From positions 130,510,001 through 130,574,000 of the forward strand of contig CM059434.1 of the NCBI GenBank assembly GCA_030390025.1: DNA of 64,000 bases, written 5' to 3'. The stretch comes from Squalus acanthias. Taxonomy: Eukaryota. The position numbers and the translations under genes were made by a program. The notes beneath the pieces are model-generated. The model was not told the origin of the DNA, made no database searches, and saw only the letters and a list, made by a program, of their open reading frames with translations. This document shows positions 23,633-35,294 of this stretch, in pieces (position 1 is the stretch's first letter; every line of letters begins with the position of its first letter).

Positions 23633-24486
23633 TTCATCTGAATAGGCAGATGAGGCCTCAGTTTAACGCCTCATCTGAAAGACGACATCTCTGACAGTGC
23701 AGCACTTCCTCAGTGGTCAGCCTAGATGATGCATTCAAATCCAAATGTTGTGCCTGAGGTTACAAACTTCTGAATCAGCAGCAACTGAACCAAGCTGTCA
23801 CTTAAGTGTGACCGGAATCCTAAAGTGATTTGCAGGAGCAGTTGGTGCTGTGGTAAGGTTAGACTTTCCTTATCGCCACAGATAACGTCGGTTCCAATTC
23901 AGACCAGGCTGGCGCTCACTGCTGGCTGTAGGGTTTTATGGGAATTAAGTTTGGACAATCTCGATCCTTATGAGCAAAGGCTACAGCACAGAATCTCCCC
24001 TAAGCTGGCAGTCTCACCCAGAGAGGCGAGGATAGAGCGGGAGCACCGGTGTGGGTGCAGTGCTGGGTGCATGGCTTCGACTTGCTACTGAAGCTTGGGC
24101 CTCTTCACTTTATCTCATGAGCTATGCAGCTTCTGAAGATCGATGTAATGACGTTGTCCAAAATATCTCTCCTTAAGGCTCAGTTGTGTCTTGCACTTGG
24201 TTATCTGCTCACATCAGATATAACCTGCTCAAGGCCAAGTAGGGATGGGCTATCAATGCTGGACTTGCCAATGATGCCCACATCCCGTGAACGAATATAA
24301 AAAAAATAACAGGCATCAGTTAACTTGAAAGGAATTTGGAGGGAAGGAAATATGTGTATGTCTGTATATTGCACAGCACTGGGTCTAGTTTTCTATCTTG
24401 CTAGTATTGCCTGTTGGAGGGGAGTTTGTACACTAACAGCCTACTATCACTTGCATTGTACACAACCTATATGTTAATATATGTAA

Positions 24487-24715
24487 AATAACAACAGAAA
24501 ACGCTGGAAAAACTCAGCAGGCGAGGCAGCATCCGTGGAGAGAGAAACAGAGTTAACGTTTCAGGTCGAAGACCTTTCATCAGGGTTCTGATGAAAGGTC
24601 TTCGACCTGAAACGTTAACTCTGTTTCTCTCTCCACGGATGCTGCCTCACCTGCTGAGTTTTTCCAGCATTTTCTGTTATTTCGGATTTCCAGCATCTGC
24701 AGTATTTTGCTATCG
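24487..24715 (+). mobile_element. Penelope-like family-B fold-back insertion
   Basis: 91-bp arms 24493-24583 / 24588-24678; 15-bp duplication TGTTAATATATGTAA (24472-24486 / 24716-24730). Confidence 0.85.
24581..24623 (+). ncRNA. Minimal type-I hammerhead ribozyme motif (family B)
   Basis: CAGGGUU-CUGAUGA-A-AGGUC uuc GACCU-GAA-ACGU-U-AACUCUG; 7-bp stem I, 5-bp stem II, palindromic ACGU. Confidence 0.65.
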
Positions 24716-24804
24716 TGTTAATATATGTAATTGTGTTTCAAGCAGCTTCTTAATTGACATGGTGTAACTTAACTCGCGTGTTTGGTCCTGTTAATTTTTA
24801 AATA

Positions 24805-25211
24805 CAGGAAACTTTCGTTTATCCGGCACCCAAATATCCGGAATTCTCGCTTAACCAGCAAAAATCATCCTCCGAAAACTCCTCTCAAATAACCGGCAAT
24901 GTTGCCGAGTCGCAGTCGAGTCTCCGCGAACGCCGAGTGCTCCGAAAACTCCTCTCAAATAACCGGCAATGTTGCCGAGTCCGCGAACGCCGATTTAGTC
25001 AGTAGGGGTACTTTTCAAAAGTGCCACTACTCGGCCTCCTGGCGCTGTCGGAAGTCCGAAACACTGCAGTAGCAGGAGTTGATTCTCCCGCGCTGCCTGG
25101 AGTCTCTTTGTTAAAAATAGCCTCGGTAGATATAACTCTCCGTTATCCGGTACTTTCGATAAACCGGCACCATGCCGGTCCCGTCAATGCCGGATAAACG
25201 AAAGTTTCCTG
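24805..25211. mobile_element. Tc1/mariner-superfamily (Tigger/pogo-like) MITE
   Basis: Perfect 24-bp TIRs CAGGAAACTTTCGTTTATCCGGCA, TA on both sides, internal 42-bp direct repeat. Confidence 0.88.
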
Positions 25212-25769
25212 TAAAATGAAAGCGATTTATACAAATTGCAGCTCAGCTTTTTAAAAAGTAAAACACTTAACTACAACAGCTTGAGTAATGCTGCACATTG
25301 GTTTCTTTTGGCTATTAGGCTGTGAATTAACACTGTCATCATAACTGGAGTATCAATACAGTTCGCATCTATTGCTTTAAAGTACCTGATGCGCTAAAAG
25401 GCACCCCTCTGTATTACAAAGCTGGAGCATTTCAAACTCCATTTAATGAATAGCTAGACTCCAGATAAACCGTAACCAGGATTACCCCACCCACCCACCC
25501 CCAGTGGTGCTGGGTCTGACTCCCACATGCATAGGCCATCTTAATAGTGCTTCCTATGATGTTTAATACAGGTTACCACTCCTGTAGGGGGTGTTTTTCT
25601 AAGGTTGAGAGTAATCAACAGAGCAGTAACAGTCTGGTCCACATACACCACTACTCACTGGAGGGGTTTGCTTCTGATGTGTATCCTCAAAGTTTTTTCT
25701 TGTGCTTGTATACTTTGAGTATGTAACTGAAGCTAATTAATTCACAGCTAAACAGCTTTGGTGGAGTTG

Positions 25770-26133
25770 CACACCACCAATGTACCGTGGCCGCATTGTA
25801 TCCTATCTACAGGATGCTCAGCAGCACCTCCCCAAATCCACGGCCTTCACCGCCTAGAAGGACAAGAACAGCAGGTGCATGGTAACACCATCATTTCCAA
25901 GTTCCCCATCAAGTCACACACCTTCCCGACTTGGACATATATTGGTTGTTCCTTCATCGCCACTGGGTGAAAATCCTGGAACTCCCTACCTAACAGCACT
26001 GTGGGAGCACCTTCACCACGCGGAATGCAGCGGTTCAAGTAGAAGGCCCACCACCACCTTCTCAAGGGCAACTAGGGATGGACAATAAAATGTCGGCCTT
26101 GCCAGCGACGCCCATATCCCGAGAATAAAAAAA
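25770..26133 (+). mobile_element. LINE 3' end, same family as 7643-8257
   Basis: Shared tail CACCACCTTCTCAAGGGCAA.TAGGGATGG.CAATAAA. Confidence 0.75.
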
Positions 26134-26534
26134 CACATCAGCTTCCTGACACTTATACTCGCACAGAGCTATCCTTTCCCACATCTCTTTAAAGTGTACT
26201 CACTTTTTTTGTTTCTTGAGTCACTTGCACACACGTAAAGAATGGGCACTCAAGTCTGATACGGCGAGGTGTCTCGCTCCTACCAGGTTTCTGCCACTGG
26301 CAGCTCAGAGGTGCATGAAAGCAACCCTGAGTCGATTCTGCCTCGGTCAAGGTGCATGGCTCCTGTTACATATTGTTTTGATATTGTCACGATCCGGTCA
26401 GAGACCACAGAGTCCTGGCAGGGAGCGGTGGACCTGTTTCTGAGCCTCTTGTACCCTGTTGCTAGTAGTAGTGCATCTTGGGATGGCTGGTTCGGTAACA
26501 ATTGTTCCCTTGCTATCTAAAGTGTTACAGTCAC

Positions 26535-27233
26535 TGGGATAGAGTTTCCGCCTCGGAAGCAATCAAGAAATTGCGCCCAAAATACGCTTGTAATTGCACT
26601 GGTTAGCTTACGCTTCAAGTTTCCGCTAAAATCCATTTATATAATTACAAATGTAAAATCTTCCATGAACCAGTGCAATCGGGGAGTGTAACAGAAGTGA
26701 CCGTTCTTTACGTAATGGAACGTAATCATTTTTTTTTCCTTCTTTCCATTTAAAAAGTATTCTTTGATGTGTTTAAGAGTGGTAACCTGGTGCAGTTTTA
26801 TCAATACAGCTGAAAACTGGTTTTATCACCAAAAATAAGCATTCTTTGTAAGTGTGTCTAGTCTTCCCCCCTGTGAGTAACCTGATTTTAAAATCACTGA
26901 AAATGACTCAAAAAAAAAACTATACTGAACCATTTATTAGTTTCTTGGTAAATTAATTTTTTTTTTTACATGAAGTAACTTTTAAAAGGTGCCTAAGAAA
27001 ATATGCGCAATTTGAAGAGCCTTCCCGAACTGGCGGATTCTTGCAATTTCTGCCTGATTTGGGCGAATTGAATCTGAACCAGTGTAAAAGATCGCGGAAT
27101 CAAACACGAACGTAAGTGACTTTGGGCGTAACTCACCTACACTTTAAACTCCCCGATCTTTTGCATTGGTTCGGCCGATTTCGCCCGCATTGCGCTTGAA
27201 TCTGGATACAAAATTAGGGGGAACCTCCCCCCA
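26535..27233. mobile_element. Probable degraded Harbinger-like MITE
   Basis: CpG-rich ends with degenerate inverted termini (GGGATAGAGTTTCC / GGAACCTCCCCCC) around an AT-rich core. Confidence 0.4.
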
Positions 27234-28069
27234 CGGTCTCTGAAATGTACAGATTAGGTAGGTTCCAGGTTTGATTCCTGCTCACACAGTGGCCTCTGCT
27301 GGAAATGTGCATGTGCGGCTGTCAGACGAGGACAAAGTTGAGTTCGACTCTGATGCCCTCCCATGGTTAAAAGCTGCAGATATACCATCTGTCGCATAAA
27401 GAGGGATCACTCTCGGGTCTGATATGGCACAGTTAGATGCAAAGTAAAGCTCCTCCTTCTCAACCCCAGGAATGTACTCTCACCCCAATCTGCCACGCCA
27501 TGGATCATACCTCAGTCTTCAAGATCAGAAAATGGATCCGTTATTATAGCACCCAACTCTGGCTACTGGATGGCACTGTTGAGTAACAACAACAATTAAA
27601 AAATTTTACGCTCATTTTCTCATTCTCCTTAACCCGCTGACTCTTTGGTTGTAAAGCATTTAGGGATCTCCTGAGTTGCTATATAAATGCACGTTCTTTC
27701 GTCAAGTTCTTTAACCCAGGAGTGCTGAAGCCAATTGCAGAGCCAGTGTTGTTGCCCTGGCCAAGATCAGCTAACTGAACACAGACCAGTTGTGGAATAT
27801 GGGTCCCTCGTTGTCTCTATGGCTCAGCCACTCACTGGATAAGCTTGCTGAGCCATAACCTTTTTTTTTGTCCTGTCTATTGCTGCTGATTATACTTTTT
27901 GTTGTTGAACATTTGAGTTAGCCGATGAGTGATGATGAGATGCCCACTGGAGCTGATACTGAGTCACGCTGAAGCACTCGGGTATGGTGTTTCAGTTCCC
28001 TCACCCCCCCTTGCCCCCACACCCAATGCAACAGTAACTCCTCTCACTATTTCCTTTAATTTGTTGAAA

Positions 28070-28375
28070 CAGAGAGGTCAATAACCAGGGGGCATAGATT
28101 TAAAGTAATTGGTAGAAGGATTAGAGGGCAGTTGAGAACTTTTTTCACTCAGAGGGTGGTGGGGGTCTGGAATGCACTGCCTGAAAGGGTGGTAGAGGCA
28201 GAAACCCTCATCGCATTTAAAAAGTACTTGGTTATGCACTTGAAGTGTCGTAACCTACAGGGCTACGGACCAAGCGCTGGGAAGTTGGATTAGGCTGAAT
28301 AGCTGTTTTTCGGCCAGCATAGACATGATGGGCCGAATGGCCTCCTTCTGTGCTGTAAATTTCTATGATTCTATT
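28070..28375 (+). mobile_element. CR1 3' end
   Basis: ACCAGGGGGCATAGATTTAAAGTAATTGG...GGCCGAATGGCCTCC...TTCTATGATTCTAT. Confidence 0.75.
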
Positions 28376-28669
28376 CAGAACCCACCCAGACATGTAGAAA
28401 AATTCCAATCAGCCTCTCCATCCTAATCGAATTTTTAACGGATATATATATATATTAATGTAGGCAATTGCTGTTATTTATAGTGGGACTATTACAAAAT
28501 GGTTCATAGTTACTAGCATTGAGGCCATTGTGCTAGAGGCTGTGTGCGAGTTAATTCGAGCTGTTGTAGGCTACTTTTTAGGTCGTCTTTTAAGTTTTGC
28601 CGAGATTGTTGTTCTGTTCTTGCTGCTAATCTCTTCCCCTGCATTTCCTCCCCTTAGCAGTACTGTTTG

Positions 28670-28895
28670 ATGGAAGGACACGGAGCAGCTCAAAATCACG
28701 AACACATGACGACTATCGAGGCTCACGCGGTTTCTCAGCAGGTCCAGCAGGTGCACGTGGCCACGTACACAGACCACACGGTCCTGAGTGGAGAGGATGA
28801 CTCGCCTTCATCCCCCGAGGAGACCTCCTATGACGATTCTGACATCCTAAATTCGACCATCACAGATGAGGTGACAGCCCACCTTGCTGCAGCAG
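28670..28895 (+). CDS. NRF1: NRF1 first coding exon (exon 2)
   Basis: MEGHGAAQNHEHMTTIEAHAVSQQVQQVHVATY...SYDDSDILNST..DEVTAHLAAAG; acceptor TAGCAG, donor GTGAG; 226 nt. Confidence 0.96.
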
Positions 28896-29151
28896 GTGAG
28901 GCTTTAGACTGGGATGGGAGGGGAAGCTCATGTCTTTGACTTCCCTTCTGGGTGTAAACATTAAGACTGGGTCCATTCCTGTGGCAGTGATTTTAACAAG
29001 TTTTTAGTCCTACACAGGATGGCTTTCTTTCACTTTCCTCATTTTTCTGTAGCTTTCTGCCCTCCCCTTCCCTCCTTCCCTCCTCCTCTTCTCCAGACAC
29101 TGACTCCTTGCTGGAGTACAGTTCCACTGGTGTCTGCCACCCTCTGGTACT

Positions 29152-29540
29152 TGGCTCAGTGGGTAGCTTCTGAGTCAGAAGGTTGTGGGTTCAAGTCCCA
29201 CTCCAGAGACTTGAGCAGAAAATCCAGGCTGACACTCCCAGTGCAGTACTGAGGGAGCGCTGCACTGTTGGAGGTGCCGTCTTTCGGGTGAGACTTTAAA
29301 CTGAGTCTGCTCTCTGGTGGACGTAAAAGATCCCATAGCACTATTTTGAAGAAGAGCAGGGGAGTTCTCCCCGGTGTCCTGGCCAGCATTTATCCCTAGA
29401 CCAACGCCTTAAAGCAGATGATCTGGTCATTTATTTCATTGCTGTTTGTGGGAGCTTGCTGTGCGCAAATTAGCTGCTGTGATTCCTACATTACAACAGT
29501 GGCTACACTTCAAAAATACTTCATTGGCTGTGAAGCTCTT
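29152..29540 (+). mobile_element. Deu-type SINE
   Basis: GGCTCAGTGGGTAGC..TCTGAGTCAGAAGGTTGTGGGTTCAAGTCCCAC head and core. Confidence 0.75.
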
Positions 29541-30234
29541 CCTTCCCCAAAATGGCTGTTCTTCATGTGTGCGTTTTGACGCACGGTCTGAATATGCTTT
29601 ATAACTTCACAAGTGAAAAATGGCCACTTGAATGACATACCAAAAAGGCACTGGTAAGGAGTTCATGGCTGAAGAAGGGGAAAATCTTGCTGGAAAAAAA
29701 GAAGCGGCACAGATAATGCAGTGGACGGTAGAGCCAGCAGAGGGTGCTAGAGAACCATCAGAAAAACGAGCCAGCTGTCAGTGCCGTGAAGCACTGAGAC
29801 CCTGCGTAGCTGTCTAGTGTCAGCCAGCAGGGCCTCAAGAAGGGGGAAATCACATTCTAGAAGGGGCCCCACTAACTTTTAAAATCCCTTTAAATAAATT
29901 TGGTTTCTGTATTTTTTTAATGTAGTTTCCCTCCTGCCAAAACTCATCTCTTTTATCCCTTCGCCCCCACTAAAGGTACCTTGTCAAGTGCCCAGTCTTT
30001 GTGTGTGACTCTGGGCAGTGAGTGTGGGCAAGCTTTATGACTGTATGGGGCCAGTCCCAATCCTGTCCTCATTCCAATGTTCATGCACAGCACTTTCCAA
30101 CAGAGGCTGCTGGATAAGTGATGAGAAGTGGAAATCCTGGCTGAATTTTCTTTCCCCCTCTTCCGTCTCCCTCCACACCTCGGCCACCTTCGCCACACAC
30201 TGAACACTTCTTACACTCTCAGCCGACAAGCCCA

Positions 30235-30585
30235 GTGCAGTACTGCACTGTCAGAGGTGCCGTCTTTCAGATGAGACATTAAACCAAGGCCCTGTCTACC
30301 CCCTCGGGTGAACGTAATAGACCAAATGGCACTATTTCGAAGAAGAGCAGGGGGGTTATCCCCAGTGTTCTGGCCAATATTTATCCCTCAACCAACATCA
30401 CTAAAAAACAGATTATCTGGAAATTATCACATTGCTGTTTGTGGGATCTTGCTGTGCGTAAACTACCGCGTTTCCCACATTACAACAGTGACTACACTTC
30501 AAAAGTACTTCATTGGCTGTAAAGCGCTTTGCGATGTCCTGAGGTCGTGAAAGGCGCTGTATAAATGCAAGTTCGTTCTTTCTTT
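30235..30585 (+). mobile_element. Deu-type SINE, 5'-truncated
   Basis: Core and tail GAAAGGCGCTGTATAAATGCAAGT. Confidence 0.7.
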
Positions 30586-31006
30586 GTTACAATCTGCTGA
30601 GGTGCAGCATCACCACTGTTCCCACCTTCTCAAACAAAGCGGGTTGTACCAGAAATGGGCATATCTGGTTTTAAAACAAAAACACGGTGGGGGGGGGGGG
30701 GGGTGTTATATCGTTTAACCAAAGCTAAAGAAAAAAGGGAACAAAAAAAGATTTTAATTCGAAATGTAAGCAGCCGAATCTCGAGTTTGTGTTTTACTTT
30801 TCATTACTGGTTCCCCTTCCTTCCCCAAGTGTAAATCCTCCTCCCCACACTTTTAACTCTGCTGGGTTTAAGGCGGAGAAGATGGCTGCCTCCGCTCTTC
30901 CAATCTAGAGTTCCTGGAGGAATTGTGCGGAGTGGGAATGCAAGTTGCAGAAACCCAAGAGGTTTGTGTTGGGAGTTCAGGCTAGGGTGGGTGACTGTCT
31001 TAGGAT

Positions 31007-31165
31007 CAGTGTTTCCGTTAGGCTGCGCGGCCGTGCAACGGTCTGGAGGTCCCATGCAGCCGACTTTTAAATGGAAAAACCACACGTGCGCGGAAATTTG
31101 ATTAGGCCGCGTAGCCCGTGAAAGGGGCCGTGTTACCCCCCCCAAAAAAATGAGAGGGAACATTG
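31007..31165. mobile_element. Short hAT-like MITE
   Basis: Termini CAGTGTTTCC / GGGAACATTG; imperfect 8-bp flanks CTTAGGAT / TTTGGGAT. Confidence 0.5.
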
Positions 31166-31312
31166 TTTGGGATCTTTGCAAACTAATAAAGGAACGATCA
31201 CTGTGTGGCCTTTTGCCCAAAGTCAGATGCAGTAACTAATGGGCACCAAGGGCGCTTTTTCGTGTTTGGAGAGGTGTTGCGGCTCGCTGACAACTCAACT
31301 CTCTGCTTTCAG

Positions 31313-31427
31313 GTCCGGTGGGAATGGCGGCAGCTGCTGCCGTGGCGACAGGCAAGAAACGGAAGCGGCCCCACGCCTTCGAGTCCAACCCATCAATACG
31401 CAAAAGGCAGCAGACGCGTTTGCTACG
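31313..31427 (+). CDS. NRF1: NRF1 exon 3 (basic NLS region)
   Basis: GPVGMAAAAAVATGKKRKRPHAFESNPSIRKRQQTRLLR; AG/GT; 115 nt. Confidence 0.96.
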
Positions 31428-32997
31428 GTGAGACTGCAGTCCACGGCCAAGGAATCCCAGCCCAGAGCACTGGCTCCCAAGTAAAAGATAACTGTATCGG
31501 AGAGGGTCCAGGTTAGGGCAACATAACTGATCCCGCGTGAAAAGGGATGAGTTATGAGGAAAGATAAGAGAAGAGTAGTCGTTGCAGTCTAGAAAGAAGA
31601 TGGTTGGTGGAGGTGGGAGGGACTATCTCACCGAGGAATGGAAAGTATTGAAGTAAATGGTGTCGGTTAGATGAAAATGTAGATTTATTATTTTAAAATA
31701 CACTAAGAAAATAGCTTCAGATGAACATAGGAGCAGGAGTATGCCATTTGGCCCCTCGAGCCTGTTCAGTTGAATCATGGCTGATCTGTATCTTCTGATG
31801 AATAAGTGGAAATTAGTGTAAAAGAAATTTAGAACCAATATTAAAAGTTTTTTTATTCGATGTGAGAGTAACCTTTGGAATAATTTACCAAGCAAAGTAA
31901 TAGAGGCAAAAACACTGGGGTTAATCAGAATACAATCAGATGCCATGATGGGAGAGTGAATGTACTGCCGATGTGTCTCGATTGGCCCAATGACCTTTTC
32001 TTATTTGATTGATTGCTTAAAAGAAAAGCTGATGTAGAATTTCACTTTTTTTTTCCCAAAGCAGCCCCAATGGTGTAGTTAGTAAATACACTGCCCAGAG
32101 CCTGGCCGTGCACCGGGAAGATCCCTGCTTCAAATCCACGTCTGTAACTGAGTGAGTTGATCTTCTGAGGTTAAGTCACATTTGTTAGAGTGGAGGGAGT
32201 TTCACTCTACATCTATTGCCAAGCCTGGGAGTACTTGATACTGCGACCCTAGACAGAAAAGTATTGCACTCTCTGGCACTGACAATGGGGACTGGACAGA
32301 GAGGGCTGTAATTAAGCAAATGGCTGGGTCTCTAGTAAAGATTTGGTCTGAGGTGCCGCACTATTTGCAGTTGGCAGTTGGAGGAGAGCTGGACAGTCTG
32401 TTGATCAATGTATCGATGGTTGATCAGTCTGCTGATTAATCTGCCCTGGTGCTACTCAAAGCTTTCGTCATACATTCCAAAGACATTGGAACTTTACTTG
32501 CCACAGATTGAAGGAGATCTATTTATATCTATTTAATGTGGCAATAGGTAAACTACACAACACAATATGTTAGCTCTCTGTCATGTTTAGCTTTCCTCTG
32601 GAGGGCTCAGTTTTATTTTCCACACAGCTCCCTGCGCCAGTTGTTTGTGTGCTTTCCACCTGTGGTGCCTCATTTTCGAATCACTTTTTTTTTTGTAATG
32701 CTTTTATTTAATCCATTCCCCCCGCCTTCATACTTCCTCAAAATGGATACGTTTCTGCCAGTGAGTGTCAGCAGGCTATGATGATGGGTGGTCACAGACT
32801 AGCCTGTATCTCCTTCTCCCAACAAGCAGGGCAGTGATCAGGAGCAGGAGCCTTGGTTATTCCCCCTACCCCAAGTTTAAGGACAATGAACTCAATTACA
32901 GTAGCCCCACCAGAGCTCTGGCAGAGATCAGCCAGCTTGGCACAGACTGTGGATCAAACCCAGGACTTTCCTTACCTTTATGGCTGAGTACCACACT

Positions 32998-33596
32998 GGG
33001 CCACAAGGGGGTAGAAGTTATGCTGCAGCTATACAAAGCCCTGGTTAGACCACACCTGGAGTACTGTGAGCAGTTCTGGGCACCACACCTTAGGAAGGAT
33101 ATGTTGGCCTTGGAGGGAGTGCAGCGTAGGTTTACCAGAATGATACCTGGACTCCAAGGGTTAAATTACGAGGAGAGATTACTCAAACTAGGGTTGTATT
33201 CCCTGGAATTTAGAAGGTTACGGGGTGATTTGATCAAAGTTTTCAGGATATTATGAGGAACAGATAGGGTAGATAGAGAGAAACTATTTCTGCTGGTTGG
33301 GGAATCTAGGATTGGGGACATGGGCTAAAAATTAGAGCCAGACCTTTCAGGAGTGAAATTAGGAAACACTTCTCCAAACAAAGGGTGGTAGAAGTTTGGA
33401 ACTCTCTTCCGCAAATGGCAATTGATACTAGATCAATTGTTAATTTTAAATCTGAGATTGATAGATTTTTGTTAACCAAAGGTATTAAGGGATATGGGCC
33501 AAAGGCGGGTATATGGAGTTAGGTCGCAGATCAGCCATGATCTCATTGAATGGCGGAACAGGCTCGGGGGGCTAAATGGCCCACTCCAGTTCCTAT
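32998..33596 (+). mobile_element. CR1 3' fragment
   Basis: LVRPHLEYCEQFWAPHLRKD...; same subfamily as 839-1618. Confidence 0.85.
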
Positions 33597-33997
33597 GGCT
33601 GTATGTTTAGTAACAGAGCCATTGGGAGAGCCCCCATGTTTTACGCACATAGGAGCAGAGCATAGGGGGCCTAATTCTGGATCTAACTCCTGCTATACCC
33701 AACTTGAGCGTTTTGAGTTGCGTTTGAGGCTTGATTGAAAACTCCTCAATGTGACTGAGGTACTCCTTTCAATCAATAAAGCTGCTGTATTAAAAGCTTC
33801 AAGCTTTTACAGTATGCAGGTATTAGTCAGTGCTGACTAACTGACAAGGGTCCTTTCTGCACTGGATACTGTTATATTGGTGGTCTTTCTGGGCTAGTAA
33901 AATCTGTGCTACAATGGCCCAAGATCCAGACCCATTAGATTCTTCCACCTATCACCTCTCATTAAAACCCAATGACTGTAAGTCTCCTACAGAAATG

Positions 33998-34221
33998 TGA
34001 GAAGTCGCACAACACCAGGTTATAGTCCAACAGTTTTATTTGAAATCACAAGCTTTCGGAGCGCTGCTCCTTTGTCAGGTGAAGTAAAGGACTTCACCTG
34101 ACGAAGGAGCAGCGCTCCAAAAGCTTGTGATTTCAAATAAAACTGTTGAACTATAACCTGGTGTTGTGCGACTTCTCACATTTGTCCACCCCAGTCCAAC
34201 ACCGGCATCTCCGCATCATGG
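33998..34221 (+). mobile_element. Penelope-like family-A fold-back insertion
   Basis: 93-bp arms 33993-34085 / 34091-34183 (3 mismatches); 14-bp duplication CTCCTACAGAAATG. Confidence 0.85.
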
Positions 34222-34644
34222 CTCCTACAGAAATGCCATTGAGCAGGTTTGGAATAATTTAATCAGCCTGTTATTGAACTTTAAGTGATTTATCTGTTGC
34301 AGTTAGGGCAGCAGGAGAGTGGAGCTAAACCAGGGGACCAAGACCTATGGAGTGTTACTGTCCCATTCTGTTTTTTGGCAGTGTGCTCTGGGCATGTTGG
34401 GATTAGGGAATTGAGGACCACAGTTTGTACTACCTCGGGACTCTCAAAAAAAAAAAAATTCAGGTGTAGGACACCATTGGGACGCACAGAATCTGTCCCC
34501 TTCGCTCTAATGCGCCTACGGCAGTGGAAATATCGTGCGGGTACTGCCGCTAGCCAAAGTGAAACTGGCATTGGGTTCTTTGTCGTGACACCAGGCTTTC
34601 ATCATCTCATCAGAGCTTCTGTTTTTCTCTTCTCCCTCTCTCAG

Positions 34645-34771
34645 AAAACTACGGGCCACTTTAGATGAATACACCACCAGAGTTGGGCAGCAAGCGATCG
34701 TGCTCTGTATCTCGCCCTCCAAACCAAACCCAGTTTTTAAAGTGTTTGGAGCCGCTCCTCTTGAGAATGTG
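34645..34771 (+). CDS. NRF1: NRF1 exon 4
   Basis: KLRATLDEYTTRVGQQAIVLCISPSKPNPVFKVFGAAPLENV; AG/GTAAGT; 127 nt. Confidence 0.97.
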
Positions 34772-34872
34772 GTAAGTAGTGAATGACTCATGTGTGGGTT
34801 TTCCTCTCCGTTCCCGGCCCCTCATTTGAGGCTCTGTGCCCCCCCCCTGTCAGAGCTGTTAGATGCCAGGTT

Positions 34873-35294
34873 CATAGAAACATAGAATCTAGGAGCAGGA
34901 GTAGGCCATTCGGCCCGTCGAGCCTGCTCCACCATTCAATACGATCATGGCTGATCATCCAAATCCAGTACCCTGTCCCTGCTTTAATCCCCACAGTACA
35001 CATATCCCACCCTACCCCCGTAACCCCACATATTTAATTCCCCCTAACATATCCCATCCTATCCCCATAACCCCACATATTTAATCCCCCCCTAACACTA
35101 AGGGTCAATTTATCATAGCCAAATCAACCTAACCCGCACATTTTTGGACTGTGGGAGGAAACCGGAGCACCCGGAGGAAACCCACGCAGACACGGGGAGA
35201 ATGTGCAAACTCCACACAGACAGTCACCCGAGGTCAGATTCGAACCCAGGTCTCTGGCGCTGTGAGGCACCAGTGCTAACCACTATGCCACCGT
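34873..35294 (-). mobile_element. HE1-type V-SINE, full length
   Basis: tRNA-like A/B boxes, V-domain core (TGTGTGGAGTTTGCACATTCTCCCCGTGTCTGCGTGGGTTTCCTCCGGGTGCTCC), CR1-derived tail. Confidence 0.85.

Noticed and set aside
35215-35294. tRNA genes at SINE heads (also 46004, 29152, 52384)
   Set aside because: The A/B boxes are attached to SINE cores and tails; no complete cloverleaf
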